This document shows positions 25,306 through 34,989 of a DNA stretch of 64,000 bases, one piece after another. Made by a program: the position numbers and the translations under genes. This DNA comes from Gemmatimonadota bacterium. Lineage in GTDB: Bacteria; JBHIER01; G020348925. Position 1 is the first letter of the stretch; the number at the start of each line of letters is the position of its first letter. The notes beneath the pieces were generated by a model. It searched no databases, was not told the origin of the DNA, and saw only the letters and a program-made list of their open reading frames with translations. The stretch is from assembly GCA_020348925.1 (NCBI GenBank), contig CP070758.1, positions 3,859,688 to 3,923,687 on the forward strand, in the 5' to 3' direction.

Positions 25306-26652
25306 CTATTCTCTAAGATTGGCCTCGCTTAGATTCCGCAATTTCTCCAAATGTCTCTTTATAATCCTTTCATACCCACGATCCGAGGGTGTATAGTACT
25401 TCCGCTGCTTGGGGAGATACTCCTGTTTGATGTATCCGTGTTCGTAAGAGTGGGGATACAGATATCCCTGGCCGCGGTCCAGTTGCTTCGCCCCCGGATA
25501 TTGGGCATCTTTCAGATGCACCGGGACGTCCATCATCTGGCCCTCACGGATGTCCTCTAACGCCAATGAAATTGCACTGGAACACGCATTGCTCTTGGGC
25601 GCTGTTGCTACATAGACGGCGGCTTGGGCCAGAGGAATTTGCGCTTCAGGCATCCCCAGGTATTGAGCTGCCGTAAAGGCAGCTGAGGCCACTCCAAGGG
25701 CTTGCGGATCAGCATTGCCGACATCTTCGGAGGCACAGATAATGATACGCCGCGCAATGTAACGGGGATCTTCACCAGCAGTGATCATTCGCGCCATCCA
25801 ATATAAGGCGGCATCCGGATCCGAGCCGCGCATGCTCTTAATGAAAGCAGAAACAATATCGTAGTGACTGTCCCCATTCCGATCATGCCGAAATACCCTC
25901 CCCGGCACGGATTCCTCCGCTCGAGTACGCGTGATCACAATTTTATCCTCACAGGCGGTCGTGCTGAACACTGCAACCTCAAGAGTATTGAGAAATCGCC
26001 TCGCATCACCTTCAGCATGATCGATCCAACATTGCACAGCCTCTTCCTCAATCTCGATATGGAGAGCCCCCAAGCCATTCTTTGTATCGGTGAGGGCTCT
26101 TTGAAGCAACTTTTTCAAAGCCTCCTTCGACAGAACCCTCAATTCGAAAACATGCGACCGCGAAATCAGGGGCGATACGATGTAGAAAAATGGATTTTCA
26201 ACTGTCGTACCGATCAAAATAATGTGACCGTCTTCAACATCGGGCAGAAGAACTTCCTGTTGCGCTTTATTAAAGCGGTGGATTTCATCGATGAAAAGCA
26301 TCGTTTTTTGTCCGGTTTGATGGAGCCTCATCTTGGCTCGGCCAACGACTTGGCGAATCTCGGACACACCAGATGAGACAGCATTCACCCTTTCAAAGCA
26401 TGACTTCGTTGTCTCAGCGATAATATGGGCCAGTGATGTTTTTCCCGTACCGGGGGGACCATACAGGATGATGGACGTGAAACGGTCTGATTCGATCATC
26501 CTGCGCAGGAGAGATCCTTCCTGCAGAAGATGATCCTGTCCAACGAACTCATCGATGGAGGTCGGCCTCATACGTCTCGCCAATGGAGCGGTCTTCAATG
26601 CGCCTCCGTTTTTTTCCTCTCCAAAAAGATCTGTATCATTATCCGATTTCAT
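25306..26652 (-). CDS. rarA: replication-associated recombination protein RarA/MgsA
   Basis: PLARRMRP, YGPPGTGKT, DEIHRFNKAQQ, SAFIKSMRGSDPDAA and ASEDVGNADP motifs. Confidence 0.95.
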   Translation of the reverse strand: MKSDNDTDLFGEEKNGGALKTAPLARRMRPTSIDEFVGQDHLLQEGSLLRRMIESDRFTSIILYGPPGTGKTSLAHIIAETTKSCFERVNAVSSGVSEIRQVVGRAKMRLHQTGQKTMLFIDEIHRFNKAQQEVLLPDVEDGHIILIGTTVENPFFYIVSPLISRSHVFELRVLSKEALKKLLQRALTDTKNGLGALHIEIEEEAVQCWIDHAEGDARRFLNTLEVAVFSTTACEDKIVITRTRAEESVPGRVFRHDRNGDSHYDIVSAFIKSMRGSDPDAALYWMARMITAGEDPRYIARRIIICASEDVGNADPQALGVASAAFTAAQYLGMPEAQIPLAQAAVYVATAPKSNACSSAISLALEDIREGQMMDVPVHLKDAQYPGAKQLDRGQGYLYPHSYEHGYIKQEYLPKQRKYYTPSDRGYERIIKRHLEKLRNLSEANLRE

Positions 26653-26657
26653 TTTTC

Positions 26658-26756
26658 AAAAAAAACCCCACCTGACGCTGCGACAATCGGGGGAAAAGCG
26701 TGCACTCAAACTGACGAGGCTCTTCCCTCGCGTCGACACCACGAACGAGTAGGGAT
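26658..26756 (-). ncRNA. candidate 6S RNA-like rod-shaped RNA (short)
   Basis: Directly downstream of zapA, a common ssrS position. 5' CCCTAC pairs with 3' GTGGGG followed by a U tract; GGGAAGAGC/GCTTTTCCC inner stem; TATAAT at 26799-26804 upstream. Confidence 0.5.
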
Positions 26757-26838
26757 AAAAAGAAACGGAATAAAGATGTTCAGATGTTACCAGAATACAT
26801 TATATATGATCGTCCAAATTTTCCCTCCTGCCAACACA

Positions 26839-27141
26839 TCACGGTGCATCTTCCATCAGCTCTCTTCCCAACCATCCCGAAATTTCTGCTGCTTTCTCTT
26901 CCATCTCCGCGAGCGTCTTTTCTCGCTCGGCTCTCTCTTTGAAAAGCTCATCGGTGATATTCATAGCAGCCAAAATGGCCACCTTCGTCGTCGAAGGGAG
27001 AGATAAATGTCTCGAGACCTCCCTCATTTTTTCGTCAACGTATCGCGCTACATTTTCAACATATTCTGGATCCGCTTCGCCTTTAATAGGGTAATCGGTT
27101 CCAAAAATACTCACTTTTACGGGTCGGTCCTTCTCCGCCAT
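26839..27141 (-). CDS. zapA: cell division protein ZapA
   Basis: VSIFGTDYPI...VARYVDEKM...AILAAMNITDEL. Confidence 0.92.
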   Translation of the reverse strand: MAEKDRPVKVSIFGTDYPIKGEADPEYVENVARYVDEKMREVSRHLSLPSTTKVAILAAMNITDELFKERAEREKTLAEMEEKAAEISGWLGRELMEDAP

Positions 27142-27289
27142 AATTGCCTTCATCAAGTAAAAGAGCTGATTCGAAACATTGTGAAATTCACAGAATTATC
27201 TATGAAGTGGCAGTTCATTTCTCATATTCGTGGTGTCAGTAGTTTTCCCCCCAACCACGATACTGGAGATACTACTGGACACAAATCCA

Positions 27290-27559
27290 TTACACACTAT
27301 CCAGCTTTGACAACATCCCCTCTACCTTTTTCCGGATCTCCTCTTGATGTGCATTCGACAGTTCATTTTTTTTCTGAGTTTCCCGAAGCTCCTCATTTTC
27401 GATACGGAGCTTCTGGAGATTTCTCTCGTATTCCTCCAATTTCGCCAACAATTCCCTGTTTTGGTTCTGGAGTTCCTGGTTTTCCTCCCGAAATGTAGTC
27501 ATGAGTTCGACTGCTTTGCTCACACGCTCCTCTAACTGCTCTAAACTCTGAAACTCCAT
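27290..27559 (-). CDS. zapB: ZapB-like coiled-coil protein
   Basis: LEQLEERVSKAVELM...coiled coil...IRKKVEGMLSKLD; upstream of zapA. Confidence 0.8.
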   Translation of the reverse strand: MEFQSLEQLEERVSKAVELMTTFREENQELQNQNRELLAKLEEYERNLQKLRIENEELRETQKKNELSNAHQEEIRKKVEGMLSKLDSV

Positions 27560-27624
27560 TGTTCCACCTTTCTCACCTTAATAAAATGACCGAAATATAC
27601 TCATCTGTTTCCATTGCGTTCCAC

Positions 27625-27984
27625 TTACTGTGATAGACCCTGCTTTACCGAGACAGCAATTTCAGAAAATGCTGCCGGATCGTTTACGGCCAATTCAGCC
27701 AAAACTTTCCTGTTGATTTCGATACCGGCCTTTGTTAATCCGTGCATAAAGACGCTATACGACATTCCGTTCAATCTCGCCGCGGCATTTATCCGGCTGA
27801 TCCACAAACGCCGAAATTCCCTTTTCCGTATTCTTCTGTCTCTATAGGAATAGGCAAGTGCCCTCTGTACACTATGTTCGGCTACGCTGTATAATTTGCT
27901 TCTGGCGCCTCGAAATCCCTTTGCCATTTTTAGGATTTTCTTTCTCCGGCGTCTCGAAGCGACACTCGTTTTCACTCTGGGCAT
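27625..27984 (-). CDS. rplT: 50S ribosomal protein L20
   Basis: MPRVK...[13 protein letters not shown]...[12 protein letters not shown]. Confidence 0.98.
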   Translation of the reverse strand: MPRVKTSVASRRRRKKILKMAKGFRGARSKLYSVAEHSVQRALAYSYRDRRIRKREFRRLWISRINAAARLNGMSYSVFMHGLTKAGIEINRKVLAELAVNDPAAFSEIAVSVKQGLSQ

Positions 27985-28016
27985 TTCAAAGTCACTCCTT
28001 GCTCACGAATCTCCGG

Positions 28017-28208
28017 CTACGTGATCATCCTCTTCACTCTTTTCACGTCAGCTGAATCTATGAGATCTGATTTTCTTAAAGTTCTTTTACGCTTTGAAGT
28101 CTTTTTTGATAAAATATGACTCGCGTACGCTCTTTTTCTTTTCACCTTTCCGGTTCCAGTCTTTACAAAGCGTTTTTTTGCGCCACGATTGGACCTAATC
28201 TTCGGCAT
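28017..28208 (-). CDS. rpmI: 50S ribosomal protein L35
   Basis: MPKIRSNRGAKKRFVKTGTGK...HILSKK. Confidence 0.97.
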   Translation of the reverse strand: MPKIRSNRGAKKRFVKTGTGKVKRKRAYASHILSKKTSKRKRTLRKSDLIDSADVKRVKRMIT

Positions 28209-28231
28209 AGTTCTCCTTTTGGGTCAAAGTT

Positions 28232-28738
28232 CTATTTCGGGCCAAGAATCATGACCATATTCCGTCCTTCAAATTTTGTTTCCCGTTCGATTGTGGCAAT
28301 ATCACTGAGTTCATCGGCCATTCGTTCGAGGATTTTCTCTCCGAATTGAACATGGGTCATCTCTCGACCCCGAAATCGAACTGTCAGTTTCACTTTATTT
28401 CCACTGCTAAGAAATTCTCGGGCATGTTTCAACTTGAATCGAAAATCGTGATCCTCTATCTTGGGTCTGACTTTCAATTCTTTAATATGAGTAACATGCT
28501 GTTTCTTCCGAGCTTCTTTTGCACGCTTACTCTGCTTGTAACGGTATTTCCCGTAGTCGATGATGCGACAAACGGGAGGTTTTGAATCAGGGGCAACTTC
28601 AACAAGATCGAGCTCCTCCTGCTGGGCCAGAAGCAATGCTTCTGCTTTACTCATGATGCCTATCTGTTTCCCTTCGGAGCTGATGACGCGAACTTGTGCT
28701 GCCTGGATTTGGTTGTTTATTCGAACTCCTTCTCTAAT
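28232..28738 (-). CDS. infC: translation initiation factor IF-3 (ATT start)
   Basis: Frame extends upstream of the track ORF (RINNQIQAAQVRVI) to ATT at 28738 with GGAGG 9 nt upstream; DLVEVAP and PPVCRIIDYGK motifs. Confidence 0.96.
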   Translation of the reverse strand: MREGVRINNQIQAAQVRVISSEGKQIGIMSKAEALLLAQQEELDLVEVAPDSKPPVCRIIDYGKYRYKQSKRAKEARKKQHVTHIKELKVRPKIEDHDFRFKLKHAREFLSSGNKVKLTVRFRGREMTHVQFGEKILERMADELSDIATIERETKFEGRNMVMILGPK

Positions 28739-28934
28739 ATATACTCACCTCCTCACAACTTGAAAGTTTCAACTTCATGTCCTCTGTACGATACATGCAC
28801 AAAACATATCGGTTACTCAGAACGATAGGAACGCAGCACTGAGAACGCGGAGAGGAAAACACCCCGCTTGAAGGTACAGAGCATCCTTGGAATCTTGGTC
28901 AAGCCGCACATCGTTTCAATCGAAAACATAGGCC

Positions 28935-29186
28935 TCACTCATGTTCTGAAGGGGGCGATTCGAGAATTTCCAACACAACGTTTTTCCCCTTTCGCTTTCC
29001 TACGGCAGATAAGAGCGTTCTCATCGATTTGGCATTTTTTCCGTTTTTGCCTATGACCCTCCCCATGTCCGATTTCGCCACGGAGAGCTCCAAAATCGTA
29101 ACCCCCTCCCCTTCGACGATGCGCACATCAACATCTTCGGGATAATCAACAATTGCCTCGGTTATCCGTTCGATCAACTCCTTCAT
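28935..29186 (-). CDS. khpA: KH-domain RNA-binding protein KhpA-like
   Basis: MKELIERITEAIVDYPEDV...DMGRVIGKNGKNAKSMRTLL. Confidence 0.88.
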   Translation of the reverse strand: MKELIERITEAIVDYPEDVDVRIVEGEGVTILELSVAKSDMGRVIGKNGKNAKSMRTLLSAVGKRKGKNVVLEILESPPSEHE

Positions 29187-29310
29187 AGCACACAGCCTGA
29201 TGAGAGGGTATTGTCTCTATTCCCATAAGGGCTTTGAGCTACGTTTCGTCTCAGCGAAAAAATCTGTCCTTGAAACTCATGTCATATCGTCGAGAGCACG
29301 AAAGAAAGCA

Positions 29311-29387
29311 TGGTGGGCGATACTTGATTTGAACCAGTGACCTCTTGCATGTCAAGCAAGCACTCTAACCAACTGAGCTAATCGCCC
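29311..29387 (-). tRNA. tRNA-Val(GAC)
   Basis: GGGCGATTAGCTCAGTTGGTTAGAG...TT-GAC-AT...TTCAAAT...CGCCCACCA. Confidence 0.93.
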
Positions 29388-29469
29388 CTATCACCCTGTT
29401 TCTCTTCCCGTCCAATTCGGAACAGCCAACCATCCCGTGCTCCACCTATGAAATACCGAATGCAAGCAT

Positions 29470-29558
29470 TGGTGCCGAGGGCCGGAATCGAACCGGCACG
29501 TTCACAACGGAACGAGGGATTTTAAGTCCCTTGCGTCTACCAATTCCGCCACCCCGGC
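29470..29558 (-). tRNA. tRNA-Leu(TAA)
   Basis: GCCGGGGTGGCGGAATTGGTAGACGC...CT-TAA-AA, long variable arm, ends ACCA. Confidence 0.95.
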
Positions 29559-29601
29559 ATATAAGAGCGCTTTTTCCCCAGAACCACTGGGAAAAAGCAA
29601 G

Positions 29602-29673
<72 letters not shown>

Positions 29674-29749
29674 TGGAGCGGGAAACGGGATTCGGACCCG
29701 CGACCCCCACCTTGGCAAGGTGGTGCTCTACCAGCTGAGCTATTCCCGC
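29674..29749 (-). tRNA. tRNA-Gly(GCC)
   Basis: GCGGGAATAGCTCAGCTGGTAGAGC...TT-GCC-AA...TCCCGCTCCA. Confidence 0.95.
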
Positions 29750-29762
29750 CTTCAAAAAATCA

Positions 29763-29791
29763 AATATACACTGCCCCCCTAAAGTTGTCAA
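29763..29791 (-). promoter_or_regulatory. sigma70 promoter of tRNA Gly-Cys-Leu-Val cluster
   Basis: TTGACA-17 nt-TATATT just upstream of tRNA-Gly. Confidence 0.75.
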
Positions 29792-29813
29792 GTGTTTTTG
29801 GTAAAATTTCAGT

Positions 29814-30617
29814 TTAGTAAGCGAATATGCGAATTAAAGATACCAAGAGAACACCCAATCCAACGGTCCAACAGTAATATGAAAAAAGAGACAACTTTCT
29901 CCGTACAACCATCTTCAGGAGTATTCGAATTGCCCCATAACCGGTTACGGCGGATGTGAGCGTCCCCATCACGAACGGTAAGAGGAGGCTGCCACTCAGT
30001 TCCTTGAGTTCGAATATCTGAAGCATCCCCGCTCCCGCGATCGCCGGAACGGAGAGCAAGAATGAAAAACGAGCGGCACATTCTCGCTCCAATCCCAGGA
30101 AAATTCCCGTGGAGATGGTGGAACCGGATCGAGACAGACCGGGGAAGATGGATAGGCCTTGGACGATACCAATACAGCATCCGTCTCTCTTTCGTATCTC
30201 ACTTTGAGACTTCGAATTCGAGGTAATCCGATCCGACAGGAATAGAAGGCCCCCTGTCACCAGAAGCATGGAACCTGTTGGCAGCAGCGCCGCAAACTGC
30301 TTCTCAAAGAAGTCCCGGAAGATATATCCTATAAGGGCTGTCGGAAGAGTCCCCAGGCTGACGAGAACCAGTAAGCGAAAGTCCGGGCTGTCTCTCTCCC
30401 GTCGTACAAGCGACCGACCCATACGGTACAGATCGCTTTTGAAAACGATGCACACGGACAGCAATGTTCCTATGTGGAGAAAGGTGTCAAACAGCACATC
30501 CGGGCCCTTGAATCCGATGAGGTGTTGGAGGATAACAAGATGTCCCGAACTGCTGATCGGAAGAAATTCCGTCAGCCCTTGGACGATCCCCAACAAAACG
30601 GCGTGAACGAGTGACAC
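29814..30617 (-). CDS. uppP: undecaprenyl-diphosphatase
   Basis: GIVQGLTEFLPISSSGH, PGLSRSGSTI and AARFSFLLS motifs. Confidence 0.96.
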   Translation of the reverse strand: MSLVHAVLLGIVQGLTEFLPISSSGHLVILQHLIGFKGPDVLFDTFLHIGTLLSVCIVFKSDLYRMGRSLVRRERDSPDFRLLVLVSLGTLPTALIGYIFRDFFEKQFAALLPTGSMLLVTGGLLFLSDRITSNSKSQSEIRKRDGCCIGIVQGLSIFPGLSRSGSTISTGIFLGLERECAARFSFLLSVPAIAGAGMLQIFELKELSGSLLLPFVMGTLTSAVTGYGAIRILLKMVVRRKLSLFSYYCWTVGLGVLLVSLIRIFAY

Positions 30618-30656
30618 GAATAAAAAAATAAAAGGAAAATGATCGGAACAGTTCTC

Positions 30657-31733
30657 TTACAGATACTCTCTTTGTCCCCTATCTTTGAGTTCTTCAACTA
30701 TTGTCTTCACATCCTGGGCGCGATCCTTTGAGCACACCAAGAGAGCATCCCCTGTATCAACAACAACTATATTTTTGACACCGATCGCTGCGACCAGCTT
30801 CTCAGGTGCAACAAAAACTGAGTCGGCCGTTTCTATCCCTACAAAAAGTCCATGGACAACATTTCCTTCCGCATCCGTAGGATTCACTTCAGCCAGGGAA
30901 GCCCAACTTCCCACATCACTCCACCCGAAATTGCCGGGAATGACAAGGACGTTCTCCGCTTTCTCCATAATACCATAATCGACGGATTCGGGTCGCAGGG
31001 ATTCATACACGCCTTGGACTGTCTCACGTTCTTTCCCTTCACCAAGCGACTGCGAAATCCGTATCAATCCCTCATATAGTTGGGGCATATGTTGTTGCAT
31101 CTTTTCAAGTATTGTTGAAACGCTCCACACGAACATGCCGCTGTTCCAAAAGTACTCACCGGATTCCGCGTACGACCTGGCCCGTTCGAGATCGGGTTTC
31201 TCGACGAACTGTTCGACGCTCCATATTGAAAGACCAGCCACCTCCTGCAACCGTTCTCCTCTCCGAATATATCCGTATCCGGTCTCAGGGCGCGTGGGGA
31301 CGATACCCAGCGTGACAAGATTGGGACCCTCTGTGGCAACCCGAGCCGCCGCTTTCACAACGTTCAGAAAGCGTCTCTCATGTTCAACAGCATGATCGGC
31401 CGGCAGGACAACCATAACACCCTGTGGATCCCGCTTCTGTATGGTCACTGCCGCCAATCCGATGCAGGGAGCAGTATTCCTGGCACACGGTTCAACAAGA
31501 ACATTCTCCCCAGGTATGTTGGCCAGCTGCCGTCGCACTTCATCTTCAATCGCTTGCCCGATAACGACATAGACGTTCTCAGGAGGAATAAGCGGCTCGA
31601 TCCGGGCCACCGTAGCTTGAATCATCGTATCAGTACCGATGATGTTTAACAATTGCTTCGGCATGTTCTCCCGGCTTTTCGGCCAGAACCGGGTCCCGCT
31701 CCCCCCGGCCATTAATACAGCGTACATCATCAC
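30657..31733 (-). CDS. manC: mannose-1-phosphate guanylyltransferase
   Basis: MAGGSGTRFWPKSR..PKQ, EPCARNTAP, PADH, PETGYGYI, FVEKP, WNSGMF and WSDVGSW motifs. Confidence 0.93.
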   Translation of the reverse strand: MMMYAVLMAGGSGTRFWPKSRENMPKQLLNIIGTDTMIQATVARIEPLIPPENVYVVIGQAIEDEVRRQLANIPGENVLVEPCARNTAPCIGLAAVTIQKRDPQGVMVVLPADHAVEHERRFLNVVKAAARVATEGPNLVTLGIVPTRPETGYGYIRRGERLQEVAGLSIWSVEQFVEKPDLERARSYAESGEYFWNSGMFVWSVSTILEKMQQHMPQLYEGLIRISQSLGEGKERETVQGVYESLRPESVDYGIMEKAENVLVIPGNFGWSDVGSWASLAEVNPTDAEGNVVHGLFVGIETADSVFVAPEKLVAAIGVKNIVVVDTGDALLVCSKDRAQDVKTIVEELKDRGQREYL

Positions 31734-31734
31734 C

Positions 31735-33087
31735 TCAGACTTTCACCGACGGATATTCCCGCAGTTTATCAATAATGATTTTTTCGATCTCCAGTAATCG
31801 CTCCTCAGTTCCCGCCTCGCACCGCATGACCAGAATCGGCTGGGTATTCGAAGCCCGCACAAGACCCCAACCATCTTTGAATAGTATTCTTACTCCATCG
31901 ATGTCAATGGTTTCATATGTTTTTTTAAAGTAGTTTTTTACATCATCTACAATCTCAAACTTCTTATCCTCCGAACACTCCACTCGTATCTCAGGGGTCG
32001 AGTAATACCTGGGAATGTCCGCCGTCATGACCGAAAAGGGCCGGTTGCTCTCTGACAGGATCCGAACAAGTCGTGCCGAGGCATAGATGGCATCGTCATA
32101 GCCATAATTGTCTCCAAAAAACATATGTCCTGACATCTCTCCTCCGACCGGTGCACCCTCCTCTTTCATTTTCGCCTTCAAAAGAGAATGACCGGTCTTC
32201 CACATTACGGGAACGCCCCCGTTCGCTGTGATGTCATCCACAAGACCTTGAGAGCATTTGACATCAAAGACGATCTTGGATCCTTTTTCGTTTCGGAGAA
32301 TATCCCGGGCATAGAGGGCCAAAAGTTTGTCTCCCCACACAATTTCCCCTTTTTCATCAACCGCCCCCAGCCTATCGGCATCCCCATCGTATCCGATACC
32401 GATATCTGCCTCCTCCTGGTGCACCTTGGAAATAAGATCTTTTAAATACTCAGGAACAGTAGGGTCCGGCAGATGGTTGGGGAATCGACCATCAGGTTCA
32501 CAGTACAATTTCACGACGTGGCAACCGAGATCCTCAAAGATTCGCGGGGCAATCTCTCCTGCCGTTCCATTCCCTGCATCGATGACCATCTTTATTGGTC
32601 TCTCAATCTTGATTTTTCCCTCGATATTTCGGATATACTCGGGAACAATGTCGTACACGTCTTGCTGGCCCTTACCAGACGTAAATCGGCCACTCTCGAT
32701 AATTCCCCGCAATTGTTGAATATCATCCCCATAGATTGACAGAACTCCTCGACACATTTTGAATCCATTATATTCAATAGGATTGTGACTTCCCGTAATC
32801 ATCACCCCTCCATCTTTCTCCAAGTGGACGATGGAAAAATAGAGGACTGGGGTGGGAACAACCCCGATATCGATCACAGTACACCCTGTGGACAGAATGC
32901 CCTCCATAAGATCGTCTCGCAATCGCGTCGAACTCAAACGCACATCGCGCCCTAAAACGACATTTTTGAGCCCTAATCGCTGAAGGAATGTCCCGTAAGC
33001 CCGCCCCAAATTCGTCACGACCTCCTCGGTCAGATCCTCATCGACCAAGCCCCGAACATCATACTGACGAAATATATGTGGATTCAT
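31735..33087 (-). CDS. phosphomannomutase/phosphoglucomutase
   Basis: FRQYDVRG, ITGSHNP, YDGDADR, GEMSGH and RASNTQP motifs. Confidence 0.95.
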   Translation of the reverse strand: MNPHIFRQYDVRGLVDEDLTEEVVTNLGRAYGTFLQRLGLKNVVLGRDVRLSSTRLRDDLMEGILSTGCTVIDIGVVPTPVLYFSIVHLEKDGGVMITGSHNPIEYNGFKMCRGVLSIYGDDIQQLRGIIESGRFTSGKGQQDVYDIVPEYIRNIEGKIKIERPIKMVIDAGNGTAGEIAPRIFEDLGCHVVKLYCEPDGRFPNHLPDPTVPEYLKDLISKVHQEEADIGIGYDGDADRLGAVDEKGEIVWGDKLLALYARDILRNEKGSKIVFDVKCSQGLVDDITANGGVPVMWKTGHSLLKAKMKEEGAPVGGEMSGHMFFGDNYGYDDAIYASARLVRILSESNRPFSVMTADIPRYYSTPEIRVECSEDKKFEIVDDVKNYFKKTYETIDIDGVRILFKDGWGLVRASNTQPILVMRCEAGTEERLLEIEKIIIDKLREYPSVKV

Positions 33088-33215
33088 TCGTCCTCCCGCA
33101 ATGGTGCGCAGTTTGTTCCTTCTTGAAACCAGAGAAGCCGATTAGTGATACAGATTCTCTTTCTGGGCCCTCTTTTGGATGTTGAATTATGGATTTGGGA
33201 TTGTTCATTTACGAT

Positions 33216-33740
33216 CTACCACCCCGCCACCGTTTTATTGACGATGTCCGAAGCCAATTTCTCAATCGCTCGATCTATGCCGTCTTCCCACTCTTCATCC
33301 CCCGTGGAATAGATCCCCCATCCCTCCATGGCGTTATCCTCCCAGATGACTTTTCTCTCCCTCACATCTTCAAACCGAACAGTGAGAAAAATCTGCATCT
33401 TGTATTCCTGAACCTGCTCCTGCTGATCGTACGTGAACGGGACTTCCTTTATCGAAACGATTGAGGCCCTCAGAATCGAATCGGCATTTCGCTCACTCTC
33501 CACACGAAGCGTATTATCTCCTGCAAAGGCATCGATGACAGCGTCCGTCAGTTTCTCCTTGATGCCGTACTCCCACGTCGTCTCGTTCCCGAAGAGAGGG
33601 ACGGCAACCGATTTGATATGAGAAGGCAGAAGAGAGCCGGACGTCGAATAATACCAGCACCCGGCTGCGATCCCCACCACAAGCAATAGGAGAGCTGTCC
33701 CTCTAATTTTTATTCCGTTTATCAACGACGACCTTCCCAT
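33216..33740 (-). CDS. LptE-like lipoprotein (start uncertain)
   Basis: Lipobox IAAGC, LPSHIKSVAVPLFGNET, and C-terminal AIEKLASDIVNKTVAGW. Confidence 0.75.
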   Translation of the reverse strand: MGRSSLINGIKIRGTALLLLVVGIAAGCWYYSTSGSLLPSHIKSVAVPLFGNETTWEYGIKEKLTDAVIDAFAGDNTLRVESERNADSILRASIVSIKEVPFTYDQQEQVQEYKMQIFLTVRFEDVRERKVIWEDNAMEGWGIYSTGDEEWEDGIDRAIEKLASDIVNKTVAGW

Positions 33741-34989
33741 CCTTGATCACCATCTCCACGAAATTGACACCAAAATGGTAGGGCAGATACGAGTATCGGG
33801 GCATGTCCCAGATGACGATATCACCCTTTTTCCCAATGTCAAGACTGCCGATTGCGCCCTCCCTTGCGACGGCACAGGCGCCGTTGAGGGTCGCGGCAGC
33901 GATCGCCTCGGCTGGGGTCAGGCGCATCATGACGCAGGCCAACGTTATGATGATGGCCATCGATTCGGTCCGGCAGCTTCCCGGATTCATATCTGTCGCC
34001 AGGGCCACCGGAACCTCTGTTGTGATCATCCTTCTGGCAGGCGCGTACTGGCGACATCCCAAACTGAAGGTTGTTCCTGGAAGCAGCACGGCGATAACAC
34101 CTTGTGATTTCAAAGCCATAATACCCTGATCTGATACTGCGACGAGATGATCGGCCGACAGGGCCTCCAACTCCGCCGCCAATTCCGCCCCCCCAAAAGG
34201 GCTGAGCTCATCGGCGTGCAGCTTCACCTCCAATCCGGCCTCTCTGGCTGCCGTCAAAATTAGTTTCGACTCCTCGACGTCAAAGACTTCCTCCTCGCAA
34301 AAAACATCGCAAAATTCGGCCAGTTCCCGCTCGGCCACGGCCGGGATCATCTCATGAAGAATCAGCTCAATATATTCAGGTTTCTTCCCCCGGTACTCGT
34401 CCGGGACTTCGTGAGCCCCGAGGAACGTCGGAACGAGATCTACTGGATGGCTCTCTTGGAGATCACGGACTACTTCCAGCATCTTGATTTCATCCTCAGT
34501 GCTCAGCCCGTAACCACTCTTGGCCTCTATCGTTGTGGTTCCATGCTCCAACATTCGGTCCAGCCGAGGCAGAGCCGCTTCAAACAGCTCCTGCTTCGAA
34601 GCCTGCCGCACCTTTCGCACGGTCGCTCTGATCCCCCCACCCCGCCGAGCGATCTCCTGGTAGGTCGCCCCCTTGATCCTCAGTTCAAACTCGTCATCCC
34701 GCGATCCGACAAAGATCGGATGGGTATGCGCATCCACAAAGCCCGGCAGAACGATCTTTCCTGAGGCATCGATCTCGATACAACCTGGGGATAACGCAAC
34801 TTCCGAGAGAACGTCATCCGTCACTCCAACCGCCACTATGCGTCCCGTTCGCACGGCAACGGCACCATCTTCAACGACACCCAGATCCTCCATCGCCCTC
34901 CCGCATCGTGGTCCGGGCTCGGATGAACGCAGCGTGATCAGTTGTCGAGCGTTTCGAACAAGGAGATCGCAGGTTCTTTCTTCCATCAT
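33703..34989 (-). CDS. hutI: imidazolonepropionase
   Basis: PGFVDAHTH, GGGIRATV, EAKSGYGL, FLGAH, KLHADE, SADHL and ATDMNPG motifs. Confidence 0.95.
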   Translation of the reverse strand: MMEERTCDLLVRNARQLITLRSSEPGPRCGRAMEDLGVVEDGAVAVRTGRIVAVGVTDDVLSEVALSPGCIEIDASGKIVLPGFVDAHTHPIFVGSRDDEFELRIKGATYQEIARRGGGIRATVRKVRQASKQELFEAALPRLDRMLEHGTTTIEAKSGYGLSTEDEIKMLEVVRDLQESHPVDLVPTFLGAHEVPDEYRGKKPEYIELILHEMIPAVAERELAEFCDVFCEEEVFDVEESKLILTAAREAGLEVKLHADELSPFGGAELAAELEALSADHLVAVSDQGIMALKSQGVIAVLLPGTTFSLGCRQYAPARRMITTEVPVALATDMNPGSCRTESMAIIITLACVMMRLTPAEAIAAATLNGACAVAREGAIGSLDIGKKGDIVIWDMPRYSYLPYHFGVNFVEMVIKDGKVVVDKRNKN

